Shown: positions 40,500 to 54,725 of the stretch, in pieces
How positions within the stretch are numbered: position 1 is the stretch's first letter
Layout: each line of letters begins with the position of its first letter
NCBI GenBank assembly: GCA_964016885.1
Contig: OZ024757.1
Span: 5,952,001-6,016,000, forward strand
Source: Eledone cirrhosa
Taxonomy: Eukaryota
Direction of reading: 5' to 3'
Length of the DNA stretch: 64,000 nucleotides
The notes under the pieces: generated by a model
Seen by the model: only the letters and a program-made list of their open reading frames with translations
What the model was told of the DNA's origin: nothing
The model's database searches: none
Position numbers and translations under genes: made by a program

Positions 40500-41095
40500 A
40501 GCTGAAGTGAGGCTCTGGTGTGTGAAGGGTTTGGTGAGGCCAACTGGTCTGTCCCTTTTCATAGTGGTATCACTGGTCCCTTTGTATGGTGGTGCCATCC
40601 AACACCAGACTCCCAAACTGTGGTACGACATCTGTCCCTCCTCATAGAGATGTTATTCAGTACCGGGCCCCCAAACTGTGGTAATGTTGTGTGTTGGGTT
40701 ATACCCCCCCCCCCATCACGGTGCCACATAGTACCGAGCCCCCAAACTATGGTAACGTTGTGTTGGGTTTGGCCACCCCTCATCACGGTGCCACACCGTA
40801 CCAGGCCCCCAAACTGCGGCTACACTGTGAGATAGGTTAGGCTCTGAAAACGTGGTTCCGTTGTGAGACAGGTTCGGCGGGGCCAACTGGTCTGTTGCTC
40901 CTCATAATGGAGCCATCCAGTTCCACACTGTAAACGTGGTTGGTGTTAGGAAGGGCATCCAGCTGTAAAATACCCTCCAAATGTACAGTCCTCACTCTAG
41001 TCAAGACTGTACATTTGGAGGGTATTTTACACAGGTCCAACCCTGGCCAGACTTGCAAGCGTGGAAAAATTGACATTAAATGAAAATGATGATTA
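40500..41095 (+). mobile_element. RTE-type 3' UTR module with degenerate internal repeats
   Basis: Repeated CCCCAAACTGTGGTA units and RTE-like tail; related to 19190-19690. Confidence 0.6.
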
Positions 41096-41899
41096 TATAT
41101 ATATATATTAGAATGATCGAGTATCGAAAAATCGGCGCACGAGTTCACGATAAACAAAATTCGAAATGAGCGGCAGAGGGCTCAATAATTCAGAAAAATC
41201 AGAGCTATAACTATCGTTAAAATACCGTCACACATAGAACAAGTCTAAAATCAACCGTACGATAAAAAAATCGATAATAGAAGATTCGGGACAATCAGAT
41301 AAAAAATATCAATAAATCAATAATTTAAATGAATGTAAAATCATACCCGGACCCACTACAAAGGTGTTAAATCTAGCTTCTTGGGTTTCTGTAAATCCTT
41401 AGACTGTACTCTATCAGCTCACATATAAATATATATATATATATATATATTTATTTATTTATTTATTTATTTATATACATTCACACGAAACAATTATACA
41501 TACACAAACATATTTAGATAGATGTATCCACATATATTCCTATACCTAGGTGTGTGTATGTATATATATATAACTCTTATTAATGGTCAGACCTGCACGC
41601 TCTCCTAGAAATGTAATGTAAAATGCCATTTTTTCTTGTCCCTCCATCCTCTCAGTCCATTCATTCATATATCCGTATCATCGCCCAGAATCCAATCTTT
41701 GCTCTTTCTCAATGCTATTCTATAATTCTGTCTGGTTGTTCTAAATAATTTTCTTGTATTTTAAAATCCCATTATTCGCTTATTACTGTTATATGCTTGT
41801 CCAATTATGCCCAAAATTCTAGGATTTTATTTAAACCCTCTCGCTAACTACCCCATACCCCTCCCAACTGCCCCCACTCGCCACCATTATTATTTGGAT

Positions 41900-44800
41900 C
41901 AATCATAAGTCAGCGGCCTATGCTATCACTTCTCCTGGTTGCTTTTCGATGTGGTGGATGGACTAAGGAATTCTGGAGAGTCTGAAAAATCTGGACACTC
42001 AGTGACAATGCCAAAGATAAAGACAAATTCACCTCATGCTGCCAGATGAAAAGGCAAGGACCCCTCCTCTTTGTTTCAGCCGCAGATGGCAACATAACCC
42101 CAACCCCATCCCCCTCACCCCTCCCGGCACCCCACCGTTTCCACCCACCAAACGCAATCCAAAACTTCAGAGTTGGTACCATGAATGTAGGCACCTTAAA
42201 CGGCCGCTCTAACGCGGTTGTAGAAATGCTTGAGCGTAAGGAGGTTGATGTTTGCTGTATCCAAGAGACCAGGTGGAGGGGCGGGTCTGCTAGATTCATT
42301 GTGGGTAAAAAACGATGCTATAAGCTTTTCTGGGTGGGGTAGGAATTATGTTAGCAGAAAAATGGGTAGATAAGATAATAGACGTAAATAGAGTGAACGA
42401 CAGAATAATTAAAATAAGACATGTCCTCAATAGAACTACGGTGACAGTAATATCTGCGTACGCACCCCAATCCGAACTGCCTGGCACTATAAAAGACAGA
42501 TTCTATGAGACACTGATGCTCACTACCTCCCAAATAATCGACAGTGACTACATAATTATTGCTGGCGACCTAAATGGTCACGTTGGGCAACATTGTGACG
42601 GCTATGACGGAATCCATGGAGGCTATGGGTTTGGTACTAGAAATGAGGAAGGCTCCAGAATCCTGGAATTCTGTGACGCAAATAACATACCTATTCGTAA
42701 AACTAACTTTGAAAACGAGACAATCACTTGATCAACTACAGATCAGGGGCACACGCCAGTCAGATAGATTATATCCTTACCAGAAGACGTGATAGAGTGT
42801 CTGTTGTAAACACTAAATCCCTCCCCCATGAAGAATGCACCTCCCAACATAGACTCATAGTCAGGACAAGACGTACTCGACAACAGAGGAGGACTATCCT
42901 CAGGAGAAAAATATGGATGCTAAAGGACCCCACAGCCAGTAATAAATTTAAAAGCATATTACTTGATGCTTTCGACAGTAAGGAAGAGCAATTAGAGTCG
43001 TACAATATAGAGGAACAATGGGTATTCCTGAAAGCTAACCTGCTGAAGGTGGCAGATGAAGTATGTGGCTGGAGCAGGCCTATAGGCAGGAGGATAGTAA
43101 CGTGGTGGTGGAACAGTAAGGTGGAGGAGTCAATTAAGGCCAAAAAGCTGGCTTTGAAAGTATGGCAGGATGGGAGAAGTAGAGAAGACAATCAAGTGGC
43201 CAGGAGGGAAGCTAGGAGACAAGTGTACTTCGCAAGAAGGGAAGCAGAGGAAAGAAAGTTCAAGCATGCTCTACAACGCGAGGAACAAAAACGTGAGGTG
43301 TTCAGGATTGCTAGGCAATGTGTCAAGGAAAACCGTGATATTGTCGGGGAGAAGTGTGTCCTTAATGATGATGGTGTACTTGCCATCACTGACGCTGATA
43401 AGAAGGGAGCTTGGATGTGTCACTACGAAAGGCTACTAAATGAGGAGAATAAATGGGAGAAAGACAGTCTCCCCCACATCGATCCAATAGAGGGACCAGC
43501 AATGCTAGATGAAGGTAGTATAATAGGTAAGGCAATCAAAGATATGAAGACGGGTAAGGCAGCTGGGCCTTCAGAAATAATTGCTGAAATGTGGAAAGCA
43601 TCTGGAATGGTGGGACATACTATGGTCACCCGGATAGTAAACCAAGTCATACAGAATGGGGTCGTTCCGAAGGACTGGCGTAGCATCATCATAATTAACT
43701 GCTACAAGGGTAAAGGAGATACCCTAGATAGGGGTAACTATAGAGGCATTAAATTAATCGACCAGGTCATGAAGGTCACAGAAAGAGATATAGCGCAACT
43801 AATCAGAGAGCGAATTGATCTAGATGAAATGCAGTTCGGGTTTGTGTCAGGTAAAAGTACCACAGACGCTCTTTTCCTTGTACAGGAGAAGTACCTAGCT
43901 AAAAGTAAACTTAGCTTTTGTTGACTTGCAGAAAGCCTTTGACAGAGTCCCCCGCTCCATTATCTGGTGGGCTCTTAGAAAACTAGGTGTTGATGAATGG
44001 CTTGTGAGAGCTATACAAGCCATGTATAAAGAAACAGTCAACAAGGTTAGAATTAACAACGAATATAGTTAAGAGTTTAGCGTAAAAGTTGGTGTTCATC
44101 AGGGCTCCGTTCTCAGCCCCCTACTATTTATTATTGCCCTTCAGGCTAAAACAGAGGAGTTAAAGACCGGCTGCCCATGGGAACTACTATACGCAGATGA
44201 TCTAATGCTCATAGCTGAATCAATGGCTGAACTAGAGAAGAAACTCCAAACATGGCAGCATGGCCTAGAATCAAAAGTCCTTAAAGTTAACTTGTCTAAG
44301 ACTAAAGTTCTAGTTTGTAGGAAAGAAAATAAGGCGGCGGTCCCATCTGGGAAATGGCCATGCTCAGTGTGTAGGAAAGGAGTAGGCAGAAACTCCATTT
44401 TATGTCCCAAATGCAAAGTATGGGTGCATAAAAGATGTAGTGGGATCACAGGTAAGCTAACTAAGAATATAGATGTTATATGTGGCCGGTGCTCTGGTGT
44501 AATAAGTAGTAGCAAGTGCCCACAGAATACTTGCTCATTCCATTGCACAGATGGTTCTATAGAAATAGTAGACACCTTCCGTTACCTCGGTGACAAGATC
44601 AGCAGTAGGGGAGGGTGCTCTGAAAGTACAGTAGCTAGAGTCAGAACAGGATGGAAAAAGTTCAGAGAGCTTATACCACTATTGGCCGCTAAAGGGTTCT
44701 CTCTAAAATTGAAAGGCAGGCTGTATGATGCCTGCATACGAACAGCAATGTTACATGGCAGTGAGACCTGGGCATTGTGTGCAGAGGATATACGCAGACT

Positions 44801-45516
44801 GGAGAAGAACGAAGCTTGCATGCTCCGCTGGATGTGTAATAGTAATATACATGAATGGCAATGCATAAACAAACTAAGGGAGAAATTAGGAATAAGAGGG
44901 ATCAGATGTTTACTCGAAAGAAGACTACGTTGGTATGGTCACGTGATGCGCATGAAAGACGACAGCTGTATAAAAAAGTGCAGGGCGATAAAAATAGACG
45001 GTAGCCACGGAGTAGGCAGACCCAGAAAAACCTGGGACGACTTGATAAATTCTGACCTCACACACTTACACCTCTCCAAGACAATGTCACTGGACCGAGA
45101 CCTTTGGCGGTACTCAGTAATAGAGAAGACTCACCTTACCTAAATACAAAGTAAAACCTACTACAGTCAGTAGGCATCTCTAACAAAAATACACCCCCGT
45201 CCCACTACCCCCACCCCATCCACCCTTCAATGTAAAGTTATGTTGGTACCACAACATCCAGTCCGAAACAAATGAGGTCGTGTAGGTGTAACAACAAAAA
45301 AACACAGTCCACGCTGTAATGTGGCCGTGTCGGTAACACGGTAAAAACCTCCCAGTCCACACTGTAAACGTGGTTGGTGTTAGGAAGGGCATCCAGCCGT
45401 AGAAAACCTGCCAGACAGTCCTATGCAAGCAAGACATCCAATCTTGCCTCAGGTGGGAAAACTCCCGTCCAAACCCATGCAAGCGTGGAAGATGAACGTT
45501 AAACGATGATGATGAT
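41900..45516 (+). mobile_element. Near full-length RTE-clade LINE (APE endonuclease + RT), inactivated
   Basis: EN motifs (TMNVGTL, CIQETRW, SAYAPQ, GDLNGHVG, QIDYIL) and RT motifs (YADD) split over ORFs 42046-42342, 42348-42731, 42728-43924 and 44205-45143 by frameshifts; (GAT)n tail; 5' limit approximate. Confidence 0.93.
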
Positions 45517-45904
45517 ATATATATATACACATATATAAAGGACATCTGTATTTATAAAATATGTAAATACATAAATATATATATATATACATATATCTAT
45601 ACATTTATATATTACGAGTATGTACATTAGATGTGGAGGTATAAGTTAATATATTGTCTATTATGGGTAAGGTTAAATCTGTCAAACCAACGTGGTCTGT
45701 CTACCCTCGTAATCTTAAACAAAACATTTACTGTGTTTATTACTACATATATTATGATAAATAAACATATATATATTTTTCTATACATTATCCATGTATA
45801 TATATATATATATATTGACGTGTATATAATCACATTTGTATATTTAATTTATATCTCCTGGCCTGGTTTGAATAACAATTTCTAGACCGTTTATAACACA
45901 AAAT

Positions 45905-46108
45905 ATAGCTACAGATTTGATAGGAAATATATATATATTAGGTTGATATGTGGTCTAAAATATATATATTGTCTATAAATGACTGATAGCAGATGTTCTG
46001 GTGAAATAGTAGTTTTACTACTACAGATTGTAATGGAACTCTTAGTAGACACAATTGAAAAGTAAGAATAGATATGACAGTGTAAGACTGATGTCGGGGA
46101 ATTAAAAT

Positions 46109-46149
<41 letters not shown>

Positions 46150-46320
46150 GTTACACAAGATATAATTAGATTAATTAAAGTTATAATGAAGACAGCAGGT
46201 GCTCGGTGTCATTGGGAATGTTTCATCTCTCTTACTGGTGTCATACGTTAAAAGTCCCTGAAATAAATTAATACCTTCAGACACAGTTCCAATCGTATTT
46301 AATTTGATTGTAAATCAGAA
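45905..46320 (-). other. Orphan copy of ZNF upstream (promoter-side) block
   Basis: Near-identical to 59133-59530 and 12537-12925, but lacks the exon-1 donor and downstream gene. Confidence 0.75.
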
Positions 46321-47787
46321 AGATTGTGAGTTCAATTCTCGGACCGTATGGGCAAACAGGGTCAGCCGACCGGACACTGCCCACAACAGGACAACCCGTC
46401 TAACCCATGATAGCGTGGAAGAACTGACGTAAAACGGTGATGATAATGATGATATATAAACGTGTATATTCATATATTATACATCATCACAGTTTAAGTT
46501 CCATTTTACAAGCTAGCATGGGTCGGACGAGTTGTCTTGTTGTGTGAAAACTTAGATCAAATGACCATGTCTGGCTCATGCAAGAAACATTTCTGGTTGG
46601 TGTCTACGGCTGGATGCCCTTCCTAACTCCAACCACATTTACAGGGGGGACTTGGCATTTATTGTTGTGTTGTTAATATAACCAACCTACAGGGCGGACT
46701 GGGTGCTTTTCGTTGTCTCACCATCACGACCACCACCTAACAGAGCAGACTTGGTGCTCTTTGTCATGTCACCAATTTGACCACTTTGAAGGGTGTTTCA
46801 AGTCCCTTCAGTCTTGCCACTAGTATGGCCACTTTACAGAGTAGGCTAGGGGCCTCCTGTCATGTCTAACTCGCAGGTCTCCTGCAGTACTGTATAACGC
46901 CAGAGATTTCAATCCTGTGTCATCACCTTTGAGAGGTACAATGGTGTCAGGTCAGTTTTTACCTCCACATCCCAAGCATACTTAGGTCTTCCTCTTACAT
47001 CAATTTCAAGAGGTCAACCTTTTATACAACATCTCTATCTTCATATACATCACATGTCCATACCACAGCAATCTCCTCTCCTGCATACTGTATCTTATCC
47101 CTCTCATGCCCAGGCCCTCTATCAGATTATTTACACTTTCCTCTTCATGTATATTAATATTACACATCCATCGGAGAATTCAAGCTTCATTTCTATCCAA
47201 TCTTCTGAGGTCCTCACTGCGATGCAGCATTGCTGTTCATATACACACATCAATTTGATGAAACAACCTTTTGTAGCTAGCACCAGCAGTAGTAGCACCC
47301 TAAACCTCTGCCATCTTGTTCTTACTCTGGTTACTATACTTTCAGAACACCTACCTCCACTGCTAATTTGGTCACCCTGGTAACAGAAACTGTCAACTGC
47401 TTCTATGGAACTCTTTAAATATTTGATAGAACTTGCTCCCAAAAGTGATTGCTTCTTACTGCTCCAGTGCAATGACCCCTTGTAAAACCTACATTCTTAG
47501 CTAACTCACTATGTATCCCATTAAATCTCTTGTGTACCTATAGTCCATTTAGAGTAAATAATGTTTCAAACACATAACATGTATGTGTGACCATCGGTTT
47601 CAAAGTTCACTTCTGGCCACCACTGTTTATTGGGGTGGGGCACTTCAAAACAGACCCTTCATTGGGCATATTAAAAGGAAGTTCTTTCCTCCAACAATTT
47701 TCACCCCAAACAGAGGAGAGTTTCATATTGTCAAAAAGGGAGGTAAATCTTTAGTGGTGGAATTGTCAGGCCTAATTATATAGGTAA

Positions 47788-48306
47788 CTAGCAGTGGTAT
47801 CCGGCGTTGCACGGGATAAGGTATTTTGGAACGCGGGCCGCCAACAGACCCAATTGCGGAAAAACTGCATGCCTGGACAATATGTAAAGAAAATAAACCG
47901 AATACTCTGATGGCTGGATAATATTTAAGGTTTTCCTCGATGAAGCAGTAAAAATGCAGGTTTTCACCTAATGCGGGCCCTAGGGGATCAAGAAAATGAA
48001 TTTTTTTAATGTGCATAATATGTCTTCAAATTTTGGGAAAATCGGCTAGACGTAATGCCTCAAAAAACCCCCTAAAAAGCTGAAAAAATGATGTTTTTCA
48101 CCCAATGTAGGCCGTCAAAAAGTTGGATTTACTTTGCTTACGGTATAAAGAAAAGACTGACTAATGCATAGTTTCAATTTAGAGGCAATTGGTCCCTGAA
48201 ACATAAATAAATCGGTTGGGTACTTCTCGAGTTTTAGGGATTCAAACTCACAGGCACACACACACACACACACACAGACAGACATCCTCAGTTTTATATA
48301 TATAGA
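47788..48306 (-). mobile_element. Non-autonomous Helitron
   Basis: Minus strand starts TC, ends CTAG, with a subterminal hairpin (47799-47817); inserted between A and T without TSD; paralogous empty sites GTAA|TTAGAC at 3280, 16002 and 61911. Confidence 0.9.
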
Positions 48307-49490
48307 TTAGACACATATAGAAGTGGTTGATAGCTTTTGCAATATAGGTGACTCAATTAGCAGTGGAGGGGGCTGCTCTGAAAGATGAATAGCTAGAATA
48401 AGGTTAGGATGGAAAAAGTTTAGAGAGCTACTGCAACAGTTGACCACAAAAGGTTTCTCTCTCTGTACAAAAGGACGACTGTATGACACATGTGGGTGAT
48501 GTGCAATGATGTATGGTAACGAAACAAGGGCTGTGACTGCAGAGGATATGTAGACTGGAGAGAAATGAAACAACCATGCTTTGTAGGATATTTTATGAAA
48601 GGCAGAGCTTGGATAAGTTCAAGAAGAAGCTGGGTTTAAGAGTGATCTGAAGTGGTGTGTAAGAGAGAAGACTGTGTTTGTACAGACATGTGATGAACAT
48701 GGATAATGACCACTGGGTGATGAAGTGCCAGGAAATCCCAGTAGAAGGAAGCCATAGTAGAGGTATAGCAAGAATGACCTGGACAGAGGCTGCGTGAACT
48801 GACTTCAAATAACTGACTCTCACAGAGGACATGACAAAGGAACACGATGAATTTAAAGATGCCATGTTGAGAAGGACATGGGGAAACGGATATAAAACAG
48901 TGATGATGATGATGAAGATGACGTACATATACACACATACATACTAAATAAATTAAATAATTATATGCAAACATAGATACAAACATATATATGGGCACAA
49001 ATTTCTACACACATACATTCACATATATATAACGTGTTTAAATTCTGAACAATACAGTTTTGTCAGCACAAGTCTTGGTTACAATTTCTACAAATGAAAT
49101 GAAAGGAGAATAATTTCTTAGTAAAACAGATTTATTCAAAATATTAACAACATTAGTGGCACTATTTTGGGTGAGTGATATGGTTTTTATCTTGTCTGAT
49201 TGTGTTTGTGTTGAATTAAATAACCTTTACAAGAGAACGATTTACCACAGACATCACAGTGATATAGTTCCTCTCCTGTATGTGTTAGTGTGTAGTGAAG
49301 CCACAACATTTAGAGAAAGATTTACCAAATATATCAAAGTGATATGGATTCCCAGCTGTATGTATATGTTTGTGTGTAGTTAATGTAACATTCAAAGAGA
49401 AGGATTTCCCTCACATGTCACAATGATATATATTTGTATTCTTATTAATTCACAAATTTGAGGGATTGATTTATCACCAATGTCAATGCG

Positions 49491-50516
49491 TTATGATTTC
49501 TCTGCTACATGTATAAGTTTGTGAGTAGTAAGACTATTTTTCCCAGAGAATGATATACCACAGATATCACAGCAATATGGCTTGTCTCCTGAATGTGTAT
49601 GTTCATGTGTAGATAAGTGACTACTTTGGGAAAATGATTTACCACAGATATCGCAGTGATATGGTTTCTCACCCGTATGGGTACGTCTGTGAGAAGTTAA
49701 TGTACTACTATTAGAGAATGATTTACTGCAGATATCACAGTGATATGGCTTCTCTCCAGTATGTATATGTTTGTGTCTAGTCAAGGCACTACTATCAGAG
49801 AATGATTTACCACAGATATCACAGTGATATGGCTTCTCTCCAGTATGTATACGTTTGTGCTTAATTAAGCTACTACTTACAGAGAATGATTTGCCACAGA
49901 TATCACAGTGATATGGCTTGTCTCCTGTATGTATACGTTTGTGATCAGTTAAGTGACTACTGAGAGAGAATGATTTACCACAGATATCGCAGTGATATGG
50001 TTTCTCACCTGTATGGGTACGTATATGAGAAGTTAAGGTACTACTATTAGAGAATGATTTACCACAGTTATCACAGTGATAAGGTTTCTCTCCTGTATGT
50101 ATACGTTTGTGATCAGTCAAGGCACTACTATCAGAGAATGATTTACCACAGATATCACAGTGATATGGCTTGTCCCCTGTGTGTATACGCTTATGCCTAA
50201 TTAAGGAACTACTATCAGAGAATGATTTACCACAGATATAACATTGATGTGGTAGTTTCTCACCTGTATGGGTACGTATGTGAGAAGTTAAGGCACTCCT
50301 GTTAGAGAATGATTTACCACAGTTATCACAGTGATATGGCTTCTCTCCTGTATGTATACGCTTGTGAGTAGTTAAGGTACCACTTTGAGAGAATGATTTA
50401 CCACAGATATTGCAGTGATATGGCTTCTCTTCTCTAACCTTCGTCATCTCACCAGGAATACTAAACACTTTAGATTGTGTTTCGCATTTAATCTTCTTTG
50501 TCAATTTATTTTCCAT
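49491..50516 (-). CDS. Tandem C2H2 zinc-finger protein, 11 fingers, 341 aa (copy C)
   Basis: Intact ORF with 11 Cx2Cx12Hx3H units and the same leader as copy B. Confidence 0.95.
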   Translation of the reverse strand: MENKLTKKIKCETQSKVFSIPGEMTKVREEKPYHCNICGKSFSQSGTLTTHKRIHTGEKPYHCDNCGKSFSNRSALTSHIRTHTGEKLPHQCYICGKSFSDSSSLIRHKRIHTGDKPYHCDICGKSFSDSSALTDHKRIHTGEKPYHCDNCGKSFSNSSTLTSHIRTHTGEKPYHCDICGKSFSLSSHLTDHKRIHTGDKPYHCDICGKSFSVSSSLIKHKRIHTGEKPYHCDICGKSFSDSSALTRHKHIHTGEKPYHCDICSKSFSNSSTLTSHRRTHTGEKPYHCDICGKSFSQSSHLSTHEHTHSGDKPYCCDICGISFSGKNSLTTHKLIHVAEKS

Positions 50517-52829
50517 AATTATTCCTTCTTCAACAGAATATACAGATGTTTTACTTGTAATATTTTTTATATTATATTTCTTATAAAATATTTCTTCTTC
50601 TATATTTCCCTCAACTATATTTCAGTTAATATCTGAAGATAATACAAACTTCTTTTTCATCCAAGTTTAATTAAAATACAAAACCATCTCATAGTGAAGA
50701 AAATAAACTGAGTTTTGAGGAAATATTTCACAGTAATATGAGAGATTTATATAAACAGTGTTATATAAGTTCTGTTTAGAAACTTTTAGTCTTCAAATGA
50801 TGATAAATAGAGGTGATGTATCCAAGATTGAAAATAATAATTTATCCCAATGTCATCTGGTATTCTGAAATAAGAAAGAAACAGTATGAGATAATACAGA
50901 ATACTTTAGAAGCAGAGATAGATTTAGCAGTGGAAATGTTATATTTCTATATTGGTAAACTGTAGATATCAACATTCCGACCAGAGTAATTCTCTCCAAT
51001 GTAAGCAGTGGTATTGCAGCATGCTCTATAAATTATATCCTTCTATCTCTTCAGAGGTCTGCTCTATGGCAGTTTAGCAAAAAATTAATTCTTATAAAAC
51101 TTATAAGAAACAGTATGAGATAATAGAGAATACTTAAAATGCAGGGATAGATTTAACAGTGGAAATATTACATGTTTACCACATTTACCAGCGTCGAAGA
51201 CATTACTTTTTCCCTAAAATAAGTCTCAAAAATCTACCATACGTCCTGGAGGCCGAAGGTTGTTTATTATTTTTCTTCAAAAATTAGTCGTCTTCGGCAC
51301 CGGTAAATACGGTACATTGGTAAACTGTAGAAATACACCTGTGTGATGTTTATTTATATAAACCAAGGCTATATATATGTCAAACTACAGCTGCACCATC
51401 ACTATAACGGTGTCATCTAGTACAGGGCCCCAAAACTGTGGTAACCTTGTGAGATGGGTTTGGCATGACCGACTGGCTACCCTCCCCATAGTGGCATAGA
51501 CAACTGGCCAGCCCTTCTCGTAACTGTACCATCCAGTACCAGTCCACATAACTATGCTAACCTCATGAAAAGGGTTTGGCCCATCTGGCTGGCCACCCCT
51601 CCTCATAATGGTGCCATCCAGTACCAGGCCCCAAAATTATAGTTCCACTGTGAGATGGGTTCAGTGCAGCCAACTGGCCTGTCCCTCCTCATAACAGAGC
51701 CATCCAGTCCCACACTGTAAACATGGCTGGTGTTAGGAAGGGAATCCAGCTGTAAAATACCCAACCAAATTTACAGACCTCACCTGAGCCAGGTGTGACA
51801 CATGGCCAACCCTGGCCAGACTTGCCTTCTGGTGTGGATGACCCGTCTAACCCATGCCAGAATGGAAAAATGGACGTTAAATGGTGATGACACAGACATA
51901 TATATATATATATTCCACCCACACTGGACATGTAAAAGACACAGCAAAAAGCACCCAGCCCACACTGTAAAGTGGACATGTAGGTGTCTTGGGAAATGCA
52001 CCCAGTCCATACTGTCAATGTGGAAATATAACATTAGGAAGGGTATCCAGCCATAGAAAGCTAGCCAGAAACACCCCTATATGAGTTAGACTCGGTCACC
52101 CGACCCAACTTGTCTCTAAATGGGACCCGTCTAACCCATGCTAGCGTGGAAGATGGACGTTAATTGATGATGATGATGATGATATATAATAAAATGTTGT
52201 AGTTTGCTTGAAACATTCTATATAATATATAACATTGAAAGAGATAGAAGGCTAAACAATGCAAAATGGACTGTAAGATGAAGTAAGGAAAAGTAAAAGT
52301 TACCTGGTAATCTTTGTTTTGTTTTTTGTTGTTGTTGTTCTTTTATTTGTCCAATATTTTGGGACCTAAAAGTCCTTTCTTCAGCGTTTAACACTTTAGC
52401 ATTTACATTACTCTATATATACTATTATATTTCCATGGTAAAGACATTACCTCACATAACATTTACACTACTCTATATATACTATTATATTTCCATGGTA
52501 AAGGCTTTACCTCACATAACATTTACACTACTCTATATATACTATTATATTTCCATGGTAAAGGCTTTACGTCACATGTGACATAATATCGAATCTATGA
52601 GATTTTGATATTATTTACATTGAGAACAATACCTTAACATGAGTATGAGTGGCCAATTACGGCTGTTTTAAAAAGAAAAGGTGGACAAAATTCTGGCTAG
52701 TTATGGCCAGTTTAAATGTGAAAGGGATAAGCAACATTCAGTGGATAATGTTCCAATTTCCTCTCTTTGGGATTAAATTTTGATTTTGATTAAAAAGTTT
52801 TCTAAGTCATTTTCAAACATTTTATAAAA

Positions 52830-53505
52830 TTGATGGAAGATGTGAAGTAGAAAGACCTAGGATGAGGTGATAAAAGCTGACCTCACACAATTGATGGGAG
52901 CTGTGAAGTAGGAAGATCTAGTTTGAGGTGATAAAAGCTGACCTCACACAATTGATGGAAGCTATGGAGTAAGAAGGCCTGGGCTGAGGTGATAAAAGCT
53001 GACCTCACACAATTGATGGGAGCTGTGGAGTAGGAAGACCTAGGATGAGGTGATAAAAGCTGACCTCACACAATTGATGGGAGCTGTGGAGTAGGAAGAT
53101 CTAGTTTGAGGTGATAAAAGCTGACCTCACACAATTGATGGAAGCTATGGAGTAAAAAGACCTAGTTTGAGGCGTTAAAAGCTGACCTCACACAATTGAT
53201 GGAAGCTATGGAGTAGGAAGATCTAGTTTGAGGTGATAACAGCTGACCTCACACAATTGATAGAAGCTATGAAGTAGGAAGACCTGGGATGAGGTGATAA
53301 AAGTTGACCTCACACAATTGATGGAAGCTATGAAGTAGGAAGATCTAGGATCAGGTGATAAAAGCTGACCTCACACAATTGATGGAAGCTATAGAGAAGG
53401 AAGACCTGGGATGAGGTGATAAAAGATGACCTCACACAATTGATGGAAGCTATAGAGAAGGAAGACTTGGGATGAGGTGATAAAAGCTGACCTGACACAA
53501 TTGCA
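52830..53505 (+). repeat. 61-bp RTE-derived satellite (11 units)
   Basis: Paralogue of 20627-21240 with one extra unit. Confidence 0.92.
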
Positions 53506-53832
53506 CTTCTCAAAGACAATAACACAGGATTGAGATATTTGGTGTTATACAGTAATATAGAAGACCAGTCTTCCCTAGCATTGGTATCAATGACTCCCAC
53601 ATGGACATCAATACACATCTATATATACACACCTAACATATTGAAGACCCCCGTCGGTCACGAATGACCATGTGATTTGCAACTAGAAAGATCCCCTCTG
53701 AGGCACAAGTCTGGTTGTTTGAGGAAGACCAGCAGTCACCCAAGTATACCAGTCTACCCTCTCCATGCCACAGATGTTGTCCAAGGGAAAGGTAATGGCT
53801 GATACAGCTTGGAACATCACTACATATATATA

Positions 53833-54725
53833 AGAGGTGTGTCAGAAAAGTTCCAGGACTGATGTCACAAAAGATTTATTTCAAACCCAAACTTCACACT
53901 AAGAGTTATCTCCTTCAAAGTAATCCCCCTGGAGTATGTAACTGTAATCTTAGCTCTCTGCAGCAATCAAACTTTTTTCTTCATAATTTTATATACATGT
54001 CCTCTGTTTCAGGTCGTCAAGCAATGAGCACAGAGCAACGAACAAACTTGAAAACTCCGTCAGAAACACTGGGATTGCTGCAGCAAGTGTATGGAGATGA
54101 GACGATGTCACGCTCACGTGTTTTTGAGTGGTGCAAGAGGTTTAAAGAAGGATGCGACGTGGAAGATGACCCCAGGAGCAGAAGGTCCTCAACAACCAGG
54201 ACTGAGGTCAATGTTGAGCGCGTCAGGCAGATGGTGCGTAGCAATCGTCGGCTGACTGTTCGACTGATGGCTAATGAGCTGGGCATGAATCGGGACAGTG
54301 TCTGGAAGATTCTCACTGAAGATTTGGACATGCGGAAAGTCTGCGCGAAGATGGTGCCAAAACTGCTAAACGATGACCAGAAGGGTCGACGCATGCAAGC
54401 GTGCCAGGACATCCTCGAGTGTCTTGAAACTGAACCAGACTTGCTAGGGACAGTCAGCACCGGTGATGAGTCATGGATTTTCAAGTACGACCCGGAGGGG
54501 ACCCGTTTTGAAGATGTGGACAACATCAAAAAGGCTGTGACGACGGAACTGCGGAAGGTCCCGGAAGAATCCTTCTAGGAGTGCATGCAAGCGTGGTAGA
54601 AAATGATGGAAAAGTGCATTAGACTCCAGGGGGGTTACTTTGAAGGAGAAAACTCTTAGTGTGAAGTTTGGGTTTGAAATAAAACTTTTGTGACATCAGT
54701 CCTGGAACTTTTCTGACCCACCTCA
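53833..54725 (+). mobile_element. Internally deleted mariner (duplicated with cassette)
   Basis: Same flanks, TIRs and deletion as 21569-22460. Confidence 0.92.
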
